A program made the translations under genes and the position numbers. A stretch of 63,296 nt of DNA, filler included, from Octopus bimaculoides (lineage: Eukaryota), in assembly GCF_001194135.2 (NCBI RefSeq). It is 5 parts of 4 records of this genome, joined end to end, with 100 filler letters (N's around TTAATTAATTAA, not from the genome) between each part and the next. Parts side by side here need not be neighbours in the genome. Positions count along the whole stretch, not along the records: positions 21,346 to 44,506 come from NC_068998.1; positions 44,607 to 54,759 come from NC_068997.1; 3 more parts are not named here. One strand, 5' to 3'. This document shows, piece after piece, positions 37,850-52,041 of this stretch. The first letter of the stretch is position 1. The number at the start of each line of letters is the position of its first letter. The notes below the pieces were generated by a model, which saw only the letters and a program-made list of their open reading frames with translations, was not told where the DNA came from and ran no database searches.

Positions 37850-39782
37850 CATAACTATGCTACAGAAAGTATGTTTTCCACCTATATTGTCTACATTTCG
37901 TTTCGCTTGATCGCCGTGTCTGTACGTTTTGCTGTTTTCAATAATATCAATTCTGTGAGTGTGGTTCCGCGTTCGTTACGTCTATAACAAACTCTAATAA
38001 AGGACATTTTACGCGGTTTAAATGAACCCACATCGAAAAAGTGTTACAGAAATGCATTTCTCTTATGATGTTCTCCAGTATCCTTTTATTTTATGAAATG
38101 GACAAGATGGGTATCATTTCATTATTTCACCGAATGAACACGAAACAGGAAATCCAATTACAAACAAAAAGGTGTCGTTAAATGACTTCTGTTCTTACGA
38201 ACTGATGTTAAAAGCACAAGAATCAAATCAGTTAGACATGTATCGTGATCTATTTCAGCAATACCTAGTTGAAATGTATGCTTAAGTTGAGAGTGAGCGT
38301 CTTCTCTTCATTCGTAACGGTCACAAAAGTTAAGAGTGACACATTATTTTCATCCCCAAGATGATCTGAGGTCAGATGGTGCAATTCAAAACATGGCGTA
38401 AATTATAACGCTCCCATCATCATTCACAGGTGGTCCTCGGCATATCGTCGAACAAAAACAAAAGGCTAGTACACATGTTAGGACATATGGAAAATCTGAT
38501 TTTTTTTGGTCTCTTTCTGATATTGCAAGTACCTTCCTCAATGTTGTGGTGGGGGGACTGCTCAATCTATATGTAAGCTCCATCTGAATCTTGCAATGAA
38601 AGAATCTAAAAAAACTCAGCAATGGAAACTGTTATCCAACAAACTTGCCTCATTGTTTGGGATGAGCGCACTGTCACATCATTGACTTCTAGAAGAACTT
38701 GACTGTACGTTCCAACACATAAAACAACAATAGCACGCTCGTGGGAGGAGTAATAGTTCTTGCAAGAGGATTTTATCAAACCTTGGCAGTTATGCCCAAA
38801 CGATCAAAAGCCTATGAGGTCAATGCATGGTGAAATATATCGTACCTTTGGAGACATGTGAAAAAAACTTCATCTTACAATCAACATGAGAGTAGTTATA
38901 GAAGGTGATCATACGAGCTTCTTACGATTGGTAATGGATTATTAACATTCAGTGCAAGACCTCAGCTACATGAAATTACATGAATTATAATTAGGGATAT
39001 TATGGATAATGTATTTCCTAATTTATCTGTCAATGATAGGTATCTGAACGAGCAATACTAGCTCCAACTAATGAAATGCTTGATAAACTCAATCATGAAC
39101 CTCTTCAAAAGATAGCAGATGCCTCAGAAATGAATTTTTGATCAATTGACAACAGTTGCTCAAGATCAGGTTGTTCAATACACTGTTGAATTTCTGAACG
39201 CACTTAAACACACTGGTATGCCGATGCGTAACTTGACACTAAACCTTATGCTTAGGAATCATGATCTATCTCACCCGTGTAATGGAACTCGCTTAAGTGT
39301 TACTTCCATGAAGCCCTATATCCTACAGTCAACAAACATAACATGTTGTCACGAAGGAGAAAACGTCTTTATTCCAAAAGTTCCAATTATACCTACAAGT
39401 GTTCCATTTGAATTTAAGACGCTTCAGTTTCCAGTCAAACTAAGTTTTGATATTTAAATTAAATCTCAGGGTCAATCCCTCAAGGTAGTTCGACGTGATG
39501 TCTCTGCTACATGCTTCTTCCGCGGCAAAATCTAGGTTACTTGCTCGCAAATTGAAAGCAGCAACAATTTATTCATTTTGAAACCAACAATTTGTATATT
39601 GTTTACTTGAGGTACATAAACATTGAGAGACTTTCAGTTCGAAATTCTACTGTCATTACAATTTGGACATTAATAAATTATAGATGTTTTGAAATAATTA
39701 TGAGAATATATCTTTATATCTATTGTTTACTAATCTGAATAGGAACAGCAGTAACCCGAGCAACGCCGGGTCATTCGGCTAC
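37850..39782 (+). mobile_element. Internally deleted Helitron (Rep-helicase) remnant with 3' hairpin
   Basis: LFQQYLVEMYA*VESERLLFIR and LPSSFTGGPRH (Helitron N-terminal region); LAPTNE, YTVEFLN, CNGTRL, FIPKVPIIP..PFEFKTLQFPVKLSF, IKSQGQSL (PIF1 helicase); hairpin cccgagcaacgccggg at 39755-39770 + 8 nt + CTAC(G). Confidence 0.85.
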
Positions 39783-40669
39783 TAAGTTAATATTTAAAAA
39801 AAATTATTGAAATTATAGAAGACAATGCGATCAAAATCAACATGAATCAATGAAATTTTCTTCCAAGATGAGACGGCAGATCCATTAAGATATGAAGAAA
39901 TAAGTATTAAATCGTTTCATTATTAAGAGATATAATTCATATATTTATACAAGTGAAGTTTTCAAAATACAGTTTCATGTCAGAACGAAAATATTGAATT
40001 ACAGATTGAAGTTTTTTAAATATATAATAAATACCAAATAGGTTATAATGCTGGATAAGATTATTATAATTTAGTATTGTAGATTAGGATAGATTAATGC
40101 ATATAAAATAAATAAATAAATATATATATATATATATATATNNNNNNNNNNNNNNNNNNNNNNNNNNNNNNNNNNNNNNNNNNNNNNNNNNNNNNNNNNN
40201 NNNNNNNNNNNNNNNNNNNNNNNNNNNNNNNNNNNNNNNNNNNNNNNNNNNNNNNNNNNNNNNNNNNNNNNNNNNNNNNNNNNNNNNNNNNNNNNNNNNN
40301 NNNNNNNNNNNNNNNNNNNNNNNNNNNNNNNNNNNNNNNNNNNNNNNNNNNNNNNNNNNNNNNNNNNNNNNNNNNNNNNNNNNNNNNNNNNNNNNNNNNN
40401 NNNNNNNNNNNNNNNNNNNNNNNNNNNNNNNNNNNNNNNNNNNNNNNNNNNNNNNNNNNNNNNNNNNNNNNNNNNNNNNNNNNNNNNNNNNNNNNNNNNN
40501 NNNNNNNNNNNNNNNNNNNNNNNNNNNNNNNNNNNNNNNNNNNNNNNNNNNNNNNNNNNNNNNNNNNNNNNNNNNNNNNNNNNNNNNNNNNNNNNNNNNN
40601 NNNNNNNNNNNNNNNNNNNNNNNNNNNNNNNNNNNNNNNNNNNNNNNNNNNNNNNNNNNNNNNNNNNNG

Positions 40670-40900
40670 GGTGCGGTGCATAAACTGTGGTCTAAAAAAA
40701 CGCAGAAATGAAAATAAAACTGACATCTCATTTTAACAGATATATTTACCAAAATTACATAAAAATCTCTTGAAATACTAAAGTGTACATTTATTTAAAA
40801 AAAAAACGTCATTTGCTTCAACCGTGGCGTCCAAACGACTTCAGAATCTTATGCAGCTCTTCTGGACGGTCTCTTTATTGAAGTTGGTGAATGCTCTCAC
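40670..40900 (-). mobile_element. Second fragment of the maT-like element (terminal ~230 bp)
   Basis: Similar to 23180-23400 (gaaaataaaactgacatctcattttaacagatata...cttcaacc.cggc.tc.a.ac.acttc.gaatct). Confidence 0.75.
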
Positions 40901-41149
40901 AGTCGCAGGGGCTTTTGCTAGTTAACCCATAGCTAGGAACATTACGGGTGCTACCACTCTGGATCAGAGTCGACCTGGGAACAACAGTGGCTAAGAGGTG
41001 GTTCCAAACTCCTCTAACCGTGAAACGAGGGTCTCAGGGTCCCATTACACGATGTTGTTTAGAGTCATACCCAGCCAATATGTACCTACACAAGGCTCAT
41101 GACCGCGAAGTTAGGGATGCAAAGTGGCAGGGGCTGCGGTTGTAAGGAC

Positions 41150-42300
41150 TGGATGGTTGATTGTTGAGAGCTGTGTAGAGTTGTTATAGAGAAAGTAGGG
41201 TGTGCGTTAGGGCGGGTAGTGAAGTAAGTGAGTGGTTTGATGTGAAACTGGTTTTAACACAATGTTGGGTGACGTCTCCGTGGCTGCTTAATCTATATAT
41301 GGCTGCTGTGGTGAGAAAGATGAATGCTAGAACCTTTGGTAGGGAGCCCAAATGGTGGGAGAAAAGGGAGAGAAACTGCAGATGAGGCAGTTGTCGTTTG
41401 CTGATCATACAGCACTAATGGCGGATTCGGAAGAGCAACTGAGGAGACTGGTGATAGAGTTTGGAAGAGTGTGTGAGAAGAAGAAACTGAAAGTGAATGT
41501 AGCTGAGAGTAAGGTTATGAGATGCTCGAGAGATGGAATGGATGCATGATTAATGTGAATATAAATGGTAAGATGTCAGACGAGGTGAGTATTTCTAAAT
41601 TTCTGGGATCACATGTCACGGTGGATGGGGGATTAGCTGAGGAGGTGGGACGTAGAGTGAGAAAGGGAAGTAAGATACCTGGAGTTGTGAAAGGTAAACT
41701 GAGGGATAAATAGGTGAGTATTAAAGCGAAAAGAGGTGTGTATGAGGGTGTGATTGTGCCGACAATGGCATATGGTGCAGAGAGGTCGCGACTGAGAGAG
41801 GCGAAAAGGAGGCGACTAGATGCGTTTGAGATGAGACGTTTCAGGTCTAATGCTTATTTTCACATAGATGGACAAGATGAGGAATGACGAGGTGCGAAGC
41901 TGAGCAGGAATGAGAGGAAATCTAACAAGAATGGATAGACAAATGTTGATGTGGTTTGACCATATAGAGAGGATGGATGAAGAGCGGATGGTAAGGAGGG
42001 TGACGAAGTCGGACGTGGTAGGCAGAAAACCAGAGGCAGACCTTGATTTGTGTGGACGGATCGAGTGAGGAAATCTTTGGTGGTTAGAGGTGTTGGAATG
42101 CTAGAAAGGCAAGAGAGTTTATAAATGATAGGGGAGCTTGGAGAGTGCTTGTAGACGGATGAATGAATTGATGTTGTTCAAAGGGGTACGGAACCATTTT
42201 GATGCGGCGCGCGCAAACCAGCACATACCGCTGCACACCGCTGCTGATATCCCTAACATAGGATGGAGCTTGCTTCTTTGAGCTGGGAAAGGACTGGAAG
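41150..42300 (+). mobile_element. RTE-clade LINE 3' half
   Basis: SPWLLNLYM, LSFADHTAL, LKVNVAESKVM, FLGSHVTVDG, YEGVIVPTMAYGAE, LDAFEMR, WMDKMRNDEVR, WFDHIERMDEERM, GRP*FVWTDRV, DRGAWR. Confidence 0.9.
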
Positions 42301-44606
42301 GCTTGGTCTGTGTTTTTTGTGGCTCCGCCCTCCTAAGAAATGGGGGAATAGGCCTGAGTATATGTATATACAATCTAGACCTCTTGTTACACATATATTC
42401 GGTGACTTAGTACTAAAAGTAATAAAGAAAACAAAGTCGAAAAGTCTATTTATTTCACATAATTTTGAAATTTAAACTTTGATACGGAGCTTGAAGATAT
42501 AAATTGTAGCGCTTGGGATTTTAACACTCGATTTTAAGGGATCTTGCGATAGAAAATCGCTTTATAACAATCAATGTAAAAACTAAAATGAAGAACGGCA
42601 AACGTGTAACAAATTGATTTTTAGGGCATTATTCAAAATTTCAAGTGGTCCGCGGTGCCTGAAGATGTAAAATTTAGAACTTCAGACTTTAACACAGTTG
42701 TTCTTAACGGATTTCGCAATCTAACACATATTTGTAAAATCATATTTTTACCCCACCCTATCATTCAAGAGAGTTTCCNNNNNNNNNNNNNNNNNNNNNN
42801 NNNNNNNNNNNNNNNNNNNNNNNNNNNNNNNNNNNNNNNNNNNNNNNNNNNNNNNNNNNNNNNNNNNNNNNNNNNNNNNNNNNNNNNNNNNNNNNNNNNN
42901 NNNNNNNNNNNNNNNNNNNNNNNNNNNNNNNNNNNNNNNNNNNNNNNNNNNNNNNNNNNNNNNNNNNNNNNNNNNNNNNNNNNNNNNNNNNNNNNNNNNN
43001 NNNNNNNNNNNNNNNNNNNNNNNNNNNNNNNNNNNNNNNNNNNNNNNNNNNNNNNNNNNNNNNNNNNNNNNNNNNNNNNNNNNNNNNNNNNNNNNNNNNN
43101 NNNNNNNNNNNNNNNNNNNNNNNNNNNNNNNNNNNNNNNNNNNNNNNNNNNNNNNNNNNNNNNNNNNNNNNNNNNNNNNNNNNNNNNNNNNNNNNNNNNN
43201 NNNNNNNNNNNNNNNNNNNNNNNNNNNNNNNNNNNNNNNNNNNNNNNNNNNNNNNNNNNNNNNNNNNNNNNNNNNNNNNNNNNNNNNNNNNNNNNNNNNN
43301 NNNCAGTGAAGAAGTCTAAACATTACAAGTGATTCTCTTAAATTAATTCTCTTGACATCAGAGTAATGTTTGAAGATATTTAATTGCAATATGCGACTCC
43401 TAATATTAGAAATGACAAATATAAATATTTTAATTAGTTAAGTGCAAATGTAACATTTTACGTGAATAGTCAATATATGAGTGTGTGTACATACGTACGT
43501 TTACATACACACACTCACATGCTCACACGCTCACGCACACACACATACTCACACACTCACGCACACGCGCACACATACACACACACACACACACACGTAT
43601 ATATGAATATACATATATATGTATATATATACTCGCATATATGCTAACATGTTTACATATGTGTGTATGTACATATATGCATATTTATATATACATTTGT
43701 AAATATGGGAGTGCAGACCACAAACATCTATGTATGTGCCTATGTGTGAGCACCTGTTTATTTCCAAAAGCAAGGCACAGTCTTCGTTTGAAAAATATCT
43801 GCAGGAGATACGAATCCGATCTATATGCAAGTTGAAAGTTGTAAGAAATTACCTCATTCTCGCTTAAGAATGAAGCAATGCCAGGCTGTTAAAATTCGAG
43901 AAGAAAAAAAGGAATCTTTGTGAAGGTAAGAAAACCCGACGGAAAGCTCAATCAAAACAAGACTGTGTGCGTGGTACTGTCTTCCAACGCATTAAGTACG
44001 GCCAATCCTGTCAACGCCATGCGAATCTCTATATTCACAAGTCACAGCTTCGTCTACATTCATTACATACTTAGTTACATTTATGACCACCCCAGTATAT
44101 GTATAAGTAAATATACATCCATGTACGTATATATTTTGCAGTTGTCTACTACTGAGCCAGAAACACATCCCTCAACCCTCAGCTTATCGGTACCTTTCTT
44201 TAATAGCATGTTTCCTTTCGACAATTTCTTGATTCTTGAGATAATCTCCCACTTTCATGCGGAGCAAAGCTTAAATCCATTTCTTTGGGTTGCAATCTGC
44301 AATCTTGCAGCATTACTAGATGATATATAATATATGCACATGAGTGGGTGCCTATGTGCTCGTGTGTGAGTATATTTAGTTTCGTAAATGATTGAAAATA
44401 CTATTGTTCTTTGATCAGATGTTTTGGTGACTTTTAATTTTGAAAACAGGTTCTCGATTGTGATTTGATAGCTTTACTAAGTTGATACCAACTCTACAAA
44501 AACACTNNNNNNNNNNNNNNNNNNNNNNNNNNNNNNNNNNNNNNNNNNNNTTAATTAATTAANNNNNNNNNNNNNNNNNNNNNNNNNNNNNNNNNNNNNN
44601 NNNNNN

Positions 44607-44850
44607 TTTTTACAGGTGTATTCTCAGAATTGGTCCGTTTATACTGGCCATTTTTCCAACAGTCACCCATCTTTCAACGAATTTGCTATGAGACAGCACT
44701 TCCCTCTCTACTCTCATCTTCCTTTTCAAGTGGAACTTGAAAAAGTTGATGAGGCCTTGGCCAAAGAGGAAAGTGTCTGTCTTTAACCCTTTCAAACGGG
44801 TCCACCATATCACCTCTTTCGCTACAGCCACTAGGCATAGGAAAATTGCC
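44607..44850 (-). mobile_element. L1/Tx1-like ORF2 C-terminal fragment
   Basis: LVAVAKEVIWWTRLKG...LINFFKFHLKRKMRVEREVLSHSKFVERW resembles the L1/Tx1 ORF2 C-terminal pattern. Confidence 0.55.
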
Positions 44851-44970
44851 AATAATAATAACAATAATAATTTATTCTTTTATTAGCCACAAGGGCTCAC
44901 ATACAAAACATTAAATGACATACAACATAAAAGACAAAAACAATAACAAGAACAGAACTAGCAGTCAAAC

Positions 44971-45031
<61 letters not shown>

Positions 45032-45227
45032 AATTCACCAACAACAACAACAGCCAAAAGTAACATCCCTATCGTAACAACAACAACAACAACAACAACA
45101 GCTGCTGCTGCTGCAGACAGTCAACAGTAGCAGTAACAATAGCAGTAAGGACACTCTAGAGCCTGAGGATGATGGATCGATCCTGTGTCGACCTTTTGCA
45201 ACTTGTTAGAAGGTTTAAAATGATAAC

Positions 45228-45289
<62 letters not shown>

Positions 45290-45537
45290 ACAAATAACAG
45301 GACGGAAGATAGGGAAAATCTAGGGAAAGGTGTGTATATTATGCTGTTTATGTTGTATGTGTGCGCATGTTTATTTGAAAAATGCATACCAATGAAAGTG
45401 GCAACCGTTATATGCAGTTAATTTTATATATATACAGTTATAAAACATATACACACTCATGCGCTAAGCTTTATATACGCATACATGCAAATGTATACGC
45501 GCATACACACATACGCACACATATTTGCCTATAGACA

Positions 45538-45632
<95 letters not shown>

Positions 45633-45879
45633 ATAATATGCAGATATATGCTATGCATTTACATATGCATACACAAATGGAATTCGGTTGGAATTTAGGA
45701 CGAATCACGTTTACACAGAGAGAATAATAGAAAAAATATGAGAGAGAGACAAACACACAGAGAGAGGGGGAGGGAGAGAAAGAGACAGACAGATCGACAG
45801 AAGCAGAAAGAAAGAAAGAAAGAAAGAAAGATTGAGAAAGGGAGAATTTTTGATGTGATAGAAAATTAGAGTAAGAGCG

Positions 45880-47110
45880 AAACGTTTTGAATGAATTCTA
45901 ATTTAAAAAATGGTTATATTCTGCATATTTCTGAGTTATGTCTCCCGTTCAGGTATGGAACACAATGTCGGTCATATGTCCACCTGCACACATTTATGTG
46001 CTCCTCGAAATTTCCGATAACTCTCTCATAGATATGTGACCCGATGCCTCCAATCACACGTCTGATTTCAGCCTTGAGTTCAAGAATTGTACGCGGTTTC
46101 TTGACGTATACCTGTGATTTCACATAACTCCATAAAAAGAAATCGCAAGGAGTAAGATCGCAGGACTTTGATGGCCACTGCTGGTCACCATGCAAGAATA
46201 TCACTCGTTGCGGAAATTTTTCTTGGAGTAATGCAAGCGTTTGGCGCGAAGTGCGGCAGGTTGCTCCATTCTGCTGAAACCAGAAGTTGTCAATCTCTGT
46301 ATCTTCCAAGTTTGGCCGTAACTGAGTGGATATCATGTCTCGGTAACGTTCCCCATTAATGGTAACTGCAGTCCCCTCATCATTTTCGAAGAAGAACGGC
46401 CCAAAGACCACACCACTCAGTCGCTTTCAGTGGCTACATTTCACGCTCTTACATTATTTGAGGATTTTTATTTCCCCAAATCCAACAGTTCTGTTTATTG
46501 ACAAATCCACTCAAATGGAAGCGGGCCTCGTCACTGAAGATGATTTTCTTTGCAAAATTTTCGTCAACTCCTAGGCATAGGAGTGACTGTGTGGTAAGTA
46601 GCTTGCTTACCAGCCACATGGTTCCGGGTTCAGTCCCACTGCGTGGTACCTTGGGCAAGCGTCTTCTACTATAGCCTCGGGCCGACCAAAGCCTTGTGAG
46701 TGGATTTGGTAGACGGAAACTGAAAGAAGCCCGTCGTATATATGTATATATATGTGTGTGTGTGTGTATGTTTGTGTGTCTGTGTTTGTCCCCCTAGTAT
46801 TGCTTGACAGCCGATGGTCGTGTGTTTATGTCCCCGTAACTTAGCGATTCGGCAAAAGCGACCGATAGAATAAGTACTAGGCTTATAAAGAATAAGTCTC
46901 GGGGTCGATTTGCTCGACTAAAGGCGGTGCTCCAGCATGGCCACAGTCAAATGACTGAAACAAGTAAAAGAGTAAAAGAGTAAGGCTTAAAATCTTCATA
47001 AGAGGGTTGGTTTGTGAAATGCCATGTTTTCTTTCAGCGGAGGTATTTGGGTGCATAGAGAACTGCTGGAATTTCACGCGCAACTGATTTCGAAAGACAG
47101 AAATGTCATT
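45880..47110 (-). mobile_element. Tc1/mariner (rosa-like, DD41D) transposase remnant interrupted by a family A SINE
   Basis: PNTS...GISQT.L.KIL (47050-46985), IIFSDEARFHLSGFVNKQNC.IWG, GPFFFENDEG..TINGERYRDM, FQQNGAT...WPSKSCDLTPCDFFLWSYVKSQVY; 41 residues between the second (N for D) and third acidic positions. Confidence 0.85.
46574..46982 (+). mobile_element. Full-length SINE family A nested in the DD41D element
   Basis: Complete head-to-tail similarity with 15991-16438. Confidence 0.9.
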
Positions 47111-47344
47111 CCAAGACCATTGATAACGGCACCAACATACGAACACATACATCTCATGTGAATATTCTTAGGCACATTCATACACATTCTTTCACATACA
47201 TACATTCACACACACGCACATTCACACACAAGCACATTTCTCATACAAAGTACTTATATCAAAGTAGTAATTTCATAGATAGAAGTCCATCATTTTGTTT
47301 TAGTGACCAAATCAGTCTATGTTATTATTTACGTATATAATAAG

Positions 47345-47560
47345 GTAGCGAGCTGGCAGAATCATGAGCATGCTGGACGGAACGCATAGCGGTATTTCGC
47401 CCGTCAATACGTTCTGAGTTCAAATTGCACCGAGGTCGACTTTGCCTTTCATCTTTCCAGGGTCGATAAAATAACTACCAGCTGAACACTGGGGTCGATG
47501 TAATCGACTCATCCCCACCTCCCCCAAGCTACCTGTGTGGTAAAAATTTAAAATAATTAT
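47345..47560 (+). mobile_element. SINE family C
   Basis: ggtagcgagctggcagaatc...gaggtcgactttgcctttcatc...ggggtcgatgtaatcgac. Confidence 0.8.
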
Positions 47561-47906
47561 TATTTNNNNNNNNNNGAGCAAATCGACCCCAGGACTTATT
47601 TTTTGTAAGCCTAGTACTTATTCTATCGGTCTCTTTTTGCCGAACCGCTAAGTTACGAAATGGTAATTGAACCAATTCCATTTGAGGAGAGATAAAACCA
47701 AGATTCAAAAATTCTTCAAAGTTGATATGCCATTAAGGGAAAGAGACAGGCTTATTGTGAAGACATAAGAGAACATTCGTAGACACTTGTTTCTAGCTCA
47801 ATAACCGTCATCAGAACGATAACTTTGAACCTTATCTCTAGAAGACAAACGACTTAGATTTATACAAAGAGGAGCGGAACACATTTATGACCTGCGTAAT
47901 GTGTAT

Positions 47907-47939
<33 letters not shown>

Positions 47940-48569
47940 TCAGTACGCTCGTGCATGAGAGAGATTTTGCAACCAAGCAGATGCACCAAAGAACGCTGTA
48001 AATTATATGTCTTACATAATAAATCAAAGTATTACCATTTCTCTTTGATTCCATACTTGAGTATCAAGGAATTTGTTTCATTTCAGTTTGGCTGTCGCTA
48101 TTGCTGTTGCTCTTGTTGTTGTTGCGGTTTGTTGTTCCTTTTGTTTGTGACTCTACTAGAACTCAGCAGCAAAATTAGAAAATTCTTTTATTTCCTCTTT
48201 TCCTGCCTTGCCCTCATCCACACACCTCCCTCTTTTTCTTTTACTTCCTCCCACCATCAGCATCTGATGGTTTTCTTTAGAACTGTAACCGTCGCTGCCA
48301 CCACCTCCACTTCCAACATCAACACCAACACCAATAACAACAACAACAACAACAACGAAATTAACATCATAAACACGGTCATTATCATCACAATCGTTAT
48401 AATCGTTGATAAGTCATTGGATTTGATGTCATATAAAACGCAAGGTTTTGGGGTAGGGTCCCCAAAAGATGTCTCCAAAAATTCAATCCGGGTCCTATAT
48501 TTGCTTCAGTACGCTGAAATTTAAAAGTAATAATCCCATCTAAAACAGCGATCTGGCATAATTGATACT

Positions 48570-49680
48570 GCGTCGGACAAAATGCTTAGCGACATTTCGC
48601 CCGTTTTTACGTTCTGAGTTCAAATTCCGTGGAGGTCGACTTTGCCTTTCATCCTTTCGAAGTCGATAAAATATTGGTTTCAAATTTTAGCACGAGCCCA
48701 GCAATTTTTGAGGGAGAAAGTAAGTCGATAACATCGATCCCAGTGCTCCACTATTACTTATTTTATCGACTCCGAAGGAATAAAGACAAATCCCATCTTG
48801 GCGGAATTTGAACTCACAACGTAAAGACAAATGAAATACTGCAAAACATTTTGCTCGAGGCGCTAACGATTCTCCCAGCTCGCCGCCTCACTCCTGATAT
48901 TGTTATACTCACCATTCTTGTTCATATCTTTCNNNNNNNNNNNNNNNNNNNNNNNNNNNNNNNNNNNNNNNNNNNNNNNNNNNNNNNNNNNNNNNNNNNN
49001 NNNNNNNNNNNNNNNNNNNNNTTACGTTCTGAGTTCAAATTCCGTGGAGGTCGACTTTGCCTTTCATCCTTTCGAAGTCGATAAAATATTGGTTTCAAAT
49101 TTTAGCACGAGCCCAGCAATTTTTGAGGGAGAAAGTAAGTCGATAACATCGATCCCAGTGCTCCACTATTACTTATTTTATCGACTCCGAAGGAATAAAG
49201 ACAAATCCCATCTTGGCGGAATTTGAACTCACAACGTAAAGACAAATGAAATACTGCAAAACATTTTGCTCGAGGCGCTAACGATTCTCCCAGCTCGCCG
49301 CCTCACTCCTGATATTGTTATACTCACCATTCTTGTTCATATCTTTCATACTATTTTTTCGTGTCATTGTTGTTGGAACTATTCTTATTGTTCTTCATGT
49401 TGTTGTCATCACAATAATAGATATTTATTTCTTTATTGCCCACAAGGAGCTAAACATAGAGGGGACAAACAAGGACAGACAAAGGGACTAAGTCGATTAC
49501 ATCGACTCCAATACATAACTGGTACTTATTTAATCGAACCAGAAAGGGTGAAAGGCAAAGTCGACTTCGGCGGAATTTGAACTCAGAACGCAACGGCAGA
49601 CGAAATACCTATTTCTTTACTGCCCANNNNNNNNNNGCCCGGCGTGCTAACGTTTCTGCCAGCTCGCCGCCTCACTCCTG
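48570..49680. mobile_element. Cluster of family C SINE pieces in both orientations, partly duplicated across gaps
   Basis: Forward piece at 48575-48670 and reverse piece at 48720-48890; block 48607-48932 repeats at 49022-49347; further reverse copy at 49430-49625. Confidence 0.8.
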
Positions 49681-50187
49681 ATATTGTTATACTCACCATT
49701 CTTGTTCATATCTTTAATACTATTTTTTCGTATCATTGTAGTTGTAACTATTCTTATTGTTCTTCATGTTGTTGTCATCACTTTAATAGATATTGCCATC
49801 ATTACTGCTGTTTACGTTGTTAGTCTTGTTAATATTCGTGTTGTTCTGATTACTATATATAGTGTTGTCATTAATGTTATTGTTTCTGTTGCTTTTGTCT
49901 TGACTGTCTTTGTTGTTGTCGTTGTTGCTGTTATAGCTGTTAATGCTTTCGATCACAGTTCGTTTATGTTTTCAATCTTCCTGTAAATAATCCCACGCAT
50001 CCAAGAATATCCGTCTCCCGGCGTCATATCAAATATAAGTTATTTGTTATCTGATAGCTAAGCGATATCTATTCATCAATGTATTTAAATATGTCACTGA
50101 CCGTCTATTTATGTGTCTATTTCTCTATAAAATGCATATGCATATATATAATATATACATATGCATATATACATATTTGTATGTATG

Positions 50188-50229
<42 letters not shown>

Positions 50230-50437
50230 CATATATATATATATGCAAATATATATAATATTGTATGTGTTTGTACACATACACACACACTGTTTATAGT
50301 CAGTGTCAATATCCGTGTGAAACTATATATAAAACATTATTTATATCACGTTAATCACTACGCACACATGTACACATACGCACACAAGCATAAACACAGC
50401 ACACATACAGAGGTACAGATATAAATACGTGTGTATG

Positions 50438-50468
<31 letters not shown>

Positions 50469-50795
50469 GCATGCATGCATGTATGTATGTATGTATGTAT
50501 GTATGCATGCAAGCGAGACGTGAGAACGTGGAGATACCTGGGTTAGCGTCCAGGGGCACGGTTGGCCCACTGAGGGTGGGAAGCCTCTCTGTTGTTGTCA
50601 CAGCATCTCTCTAGGGGAGAGAGAGAAACTCTGAGAGAAAACCTGCGACGCTAATAATATTCGATGATGCCGATTAGTTCTTTCCGAGTTTATGTTGTCC
50701 ATGTTCAGAGAGTGCAGTTGGATCTGTGCAAGTCCTTTCCCCCCACTATAACAAAATCATCTTGCACAGGCGTCGCTTGAAAAAAAAGTAAGGCT

Positions 50796-50842
<47 letters not shown>

Positions 50843-50953
50843 TCAGACAGACAGACAGACAGGCAGACAGACAGACAGATAGATGTCAAAAGTAAAGAAG
50901 AATTCTTCTTCGCGTACACAGATTGTTGCTGTATCGGTAAAAATAACAACATC

Positions 50954-51019
<66 letters not shown>

Positions 51020-51077
51020 AAGAAGAAGAAGAAGAAGAAGAAGAAGAAGAAGAAGAAGAAGAATAGCAACAGCACTA

Positions 51078-51117
<40 letters not shown>

Positions 51118-51123
51118 GAAGAA

Positions 51124-51154
<31 letters not shown>

Positions 51155-51640
51155 AAGAAGAAGAAGAAGAAGAAGAAGAAGAAGAAGAAGAAGAAGAAGA
51201 AGAAGAAGAAGAAGAAGAAAGGATGAAGGGAGCCGGTGCTATCTGTTACCAGTAAGCAGTATCAATTGACGAGAAGTACGTAATCATAGTTAATGTCTTT
51301 ATAAGGCTTTTACACATCGACTAATGGCGGTCTCTAAGCAGAGAAGAACGACTGATATGGATTGGTAGTGACATCTATAGCTTCATAGAGCGCATTCATA
51401 AGAAGCTTTCTAATAAGTTAAATGTCACAGGAGAAATGTTTGAGAGGATAAGGCCTTTCGGTACAGAACTGCAACAACAACAACAACAACAGCAAAGACA
51501 TAAACAACAATGCCAACAACAACTACAACAACAACAACAACAACAACAATGGCAGAAGGCTAAGTGAGTGCGAACCTGCGAAGTATTTGGTACCAAGTAA
51601 TTTCTTTCTCTCCTCCTCTCTCTTTCTGTCTCGTTCTCTC

Positions 51641-51688
<48 letters not shown>

Positions 51689-51992
51689 TCTCGTTCTCTC
51701 TCTCTCTCGCCCTCTCTCTCTCTATCTCTCTCTCTCGTTCTCTCTCTCTCTCTATCTCTCTATCTCGTTCTCTCTCTCTCGCATATACACACGCACATGC
51801 ACACACAGGCGCGCACGCAAACACGTATGTGTATACGCGTGCATGCGTGTATGTATATGTATACATATATGCATAAAGATATACATACATATAAATATAT
51901 ATATACATGTATGTATATACATTCATGCATCTATGAATACCTGTATTTGCACACACACACACACACATACGCATATGCGTGTGTGCATATGA

Positions 51993-52041
<49 letters not shown>

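Noticed and set aside
47660-47870. Stop-interrupted frame faintly resembling a CR1 3' end
   Set aside because: Motif order is inconsistent and similarity is too weak to call.
48607-49347. Exact ~326-bp duplication across the 48933-49021 gap
   Set aside because: Same gap-flanking pattern; probable scaffolding artefact.
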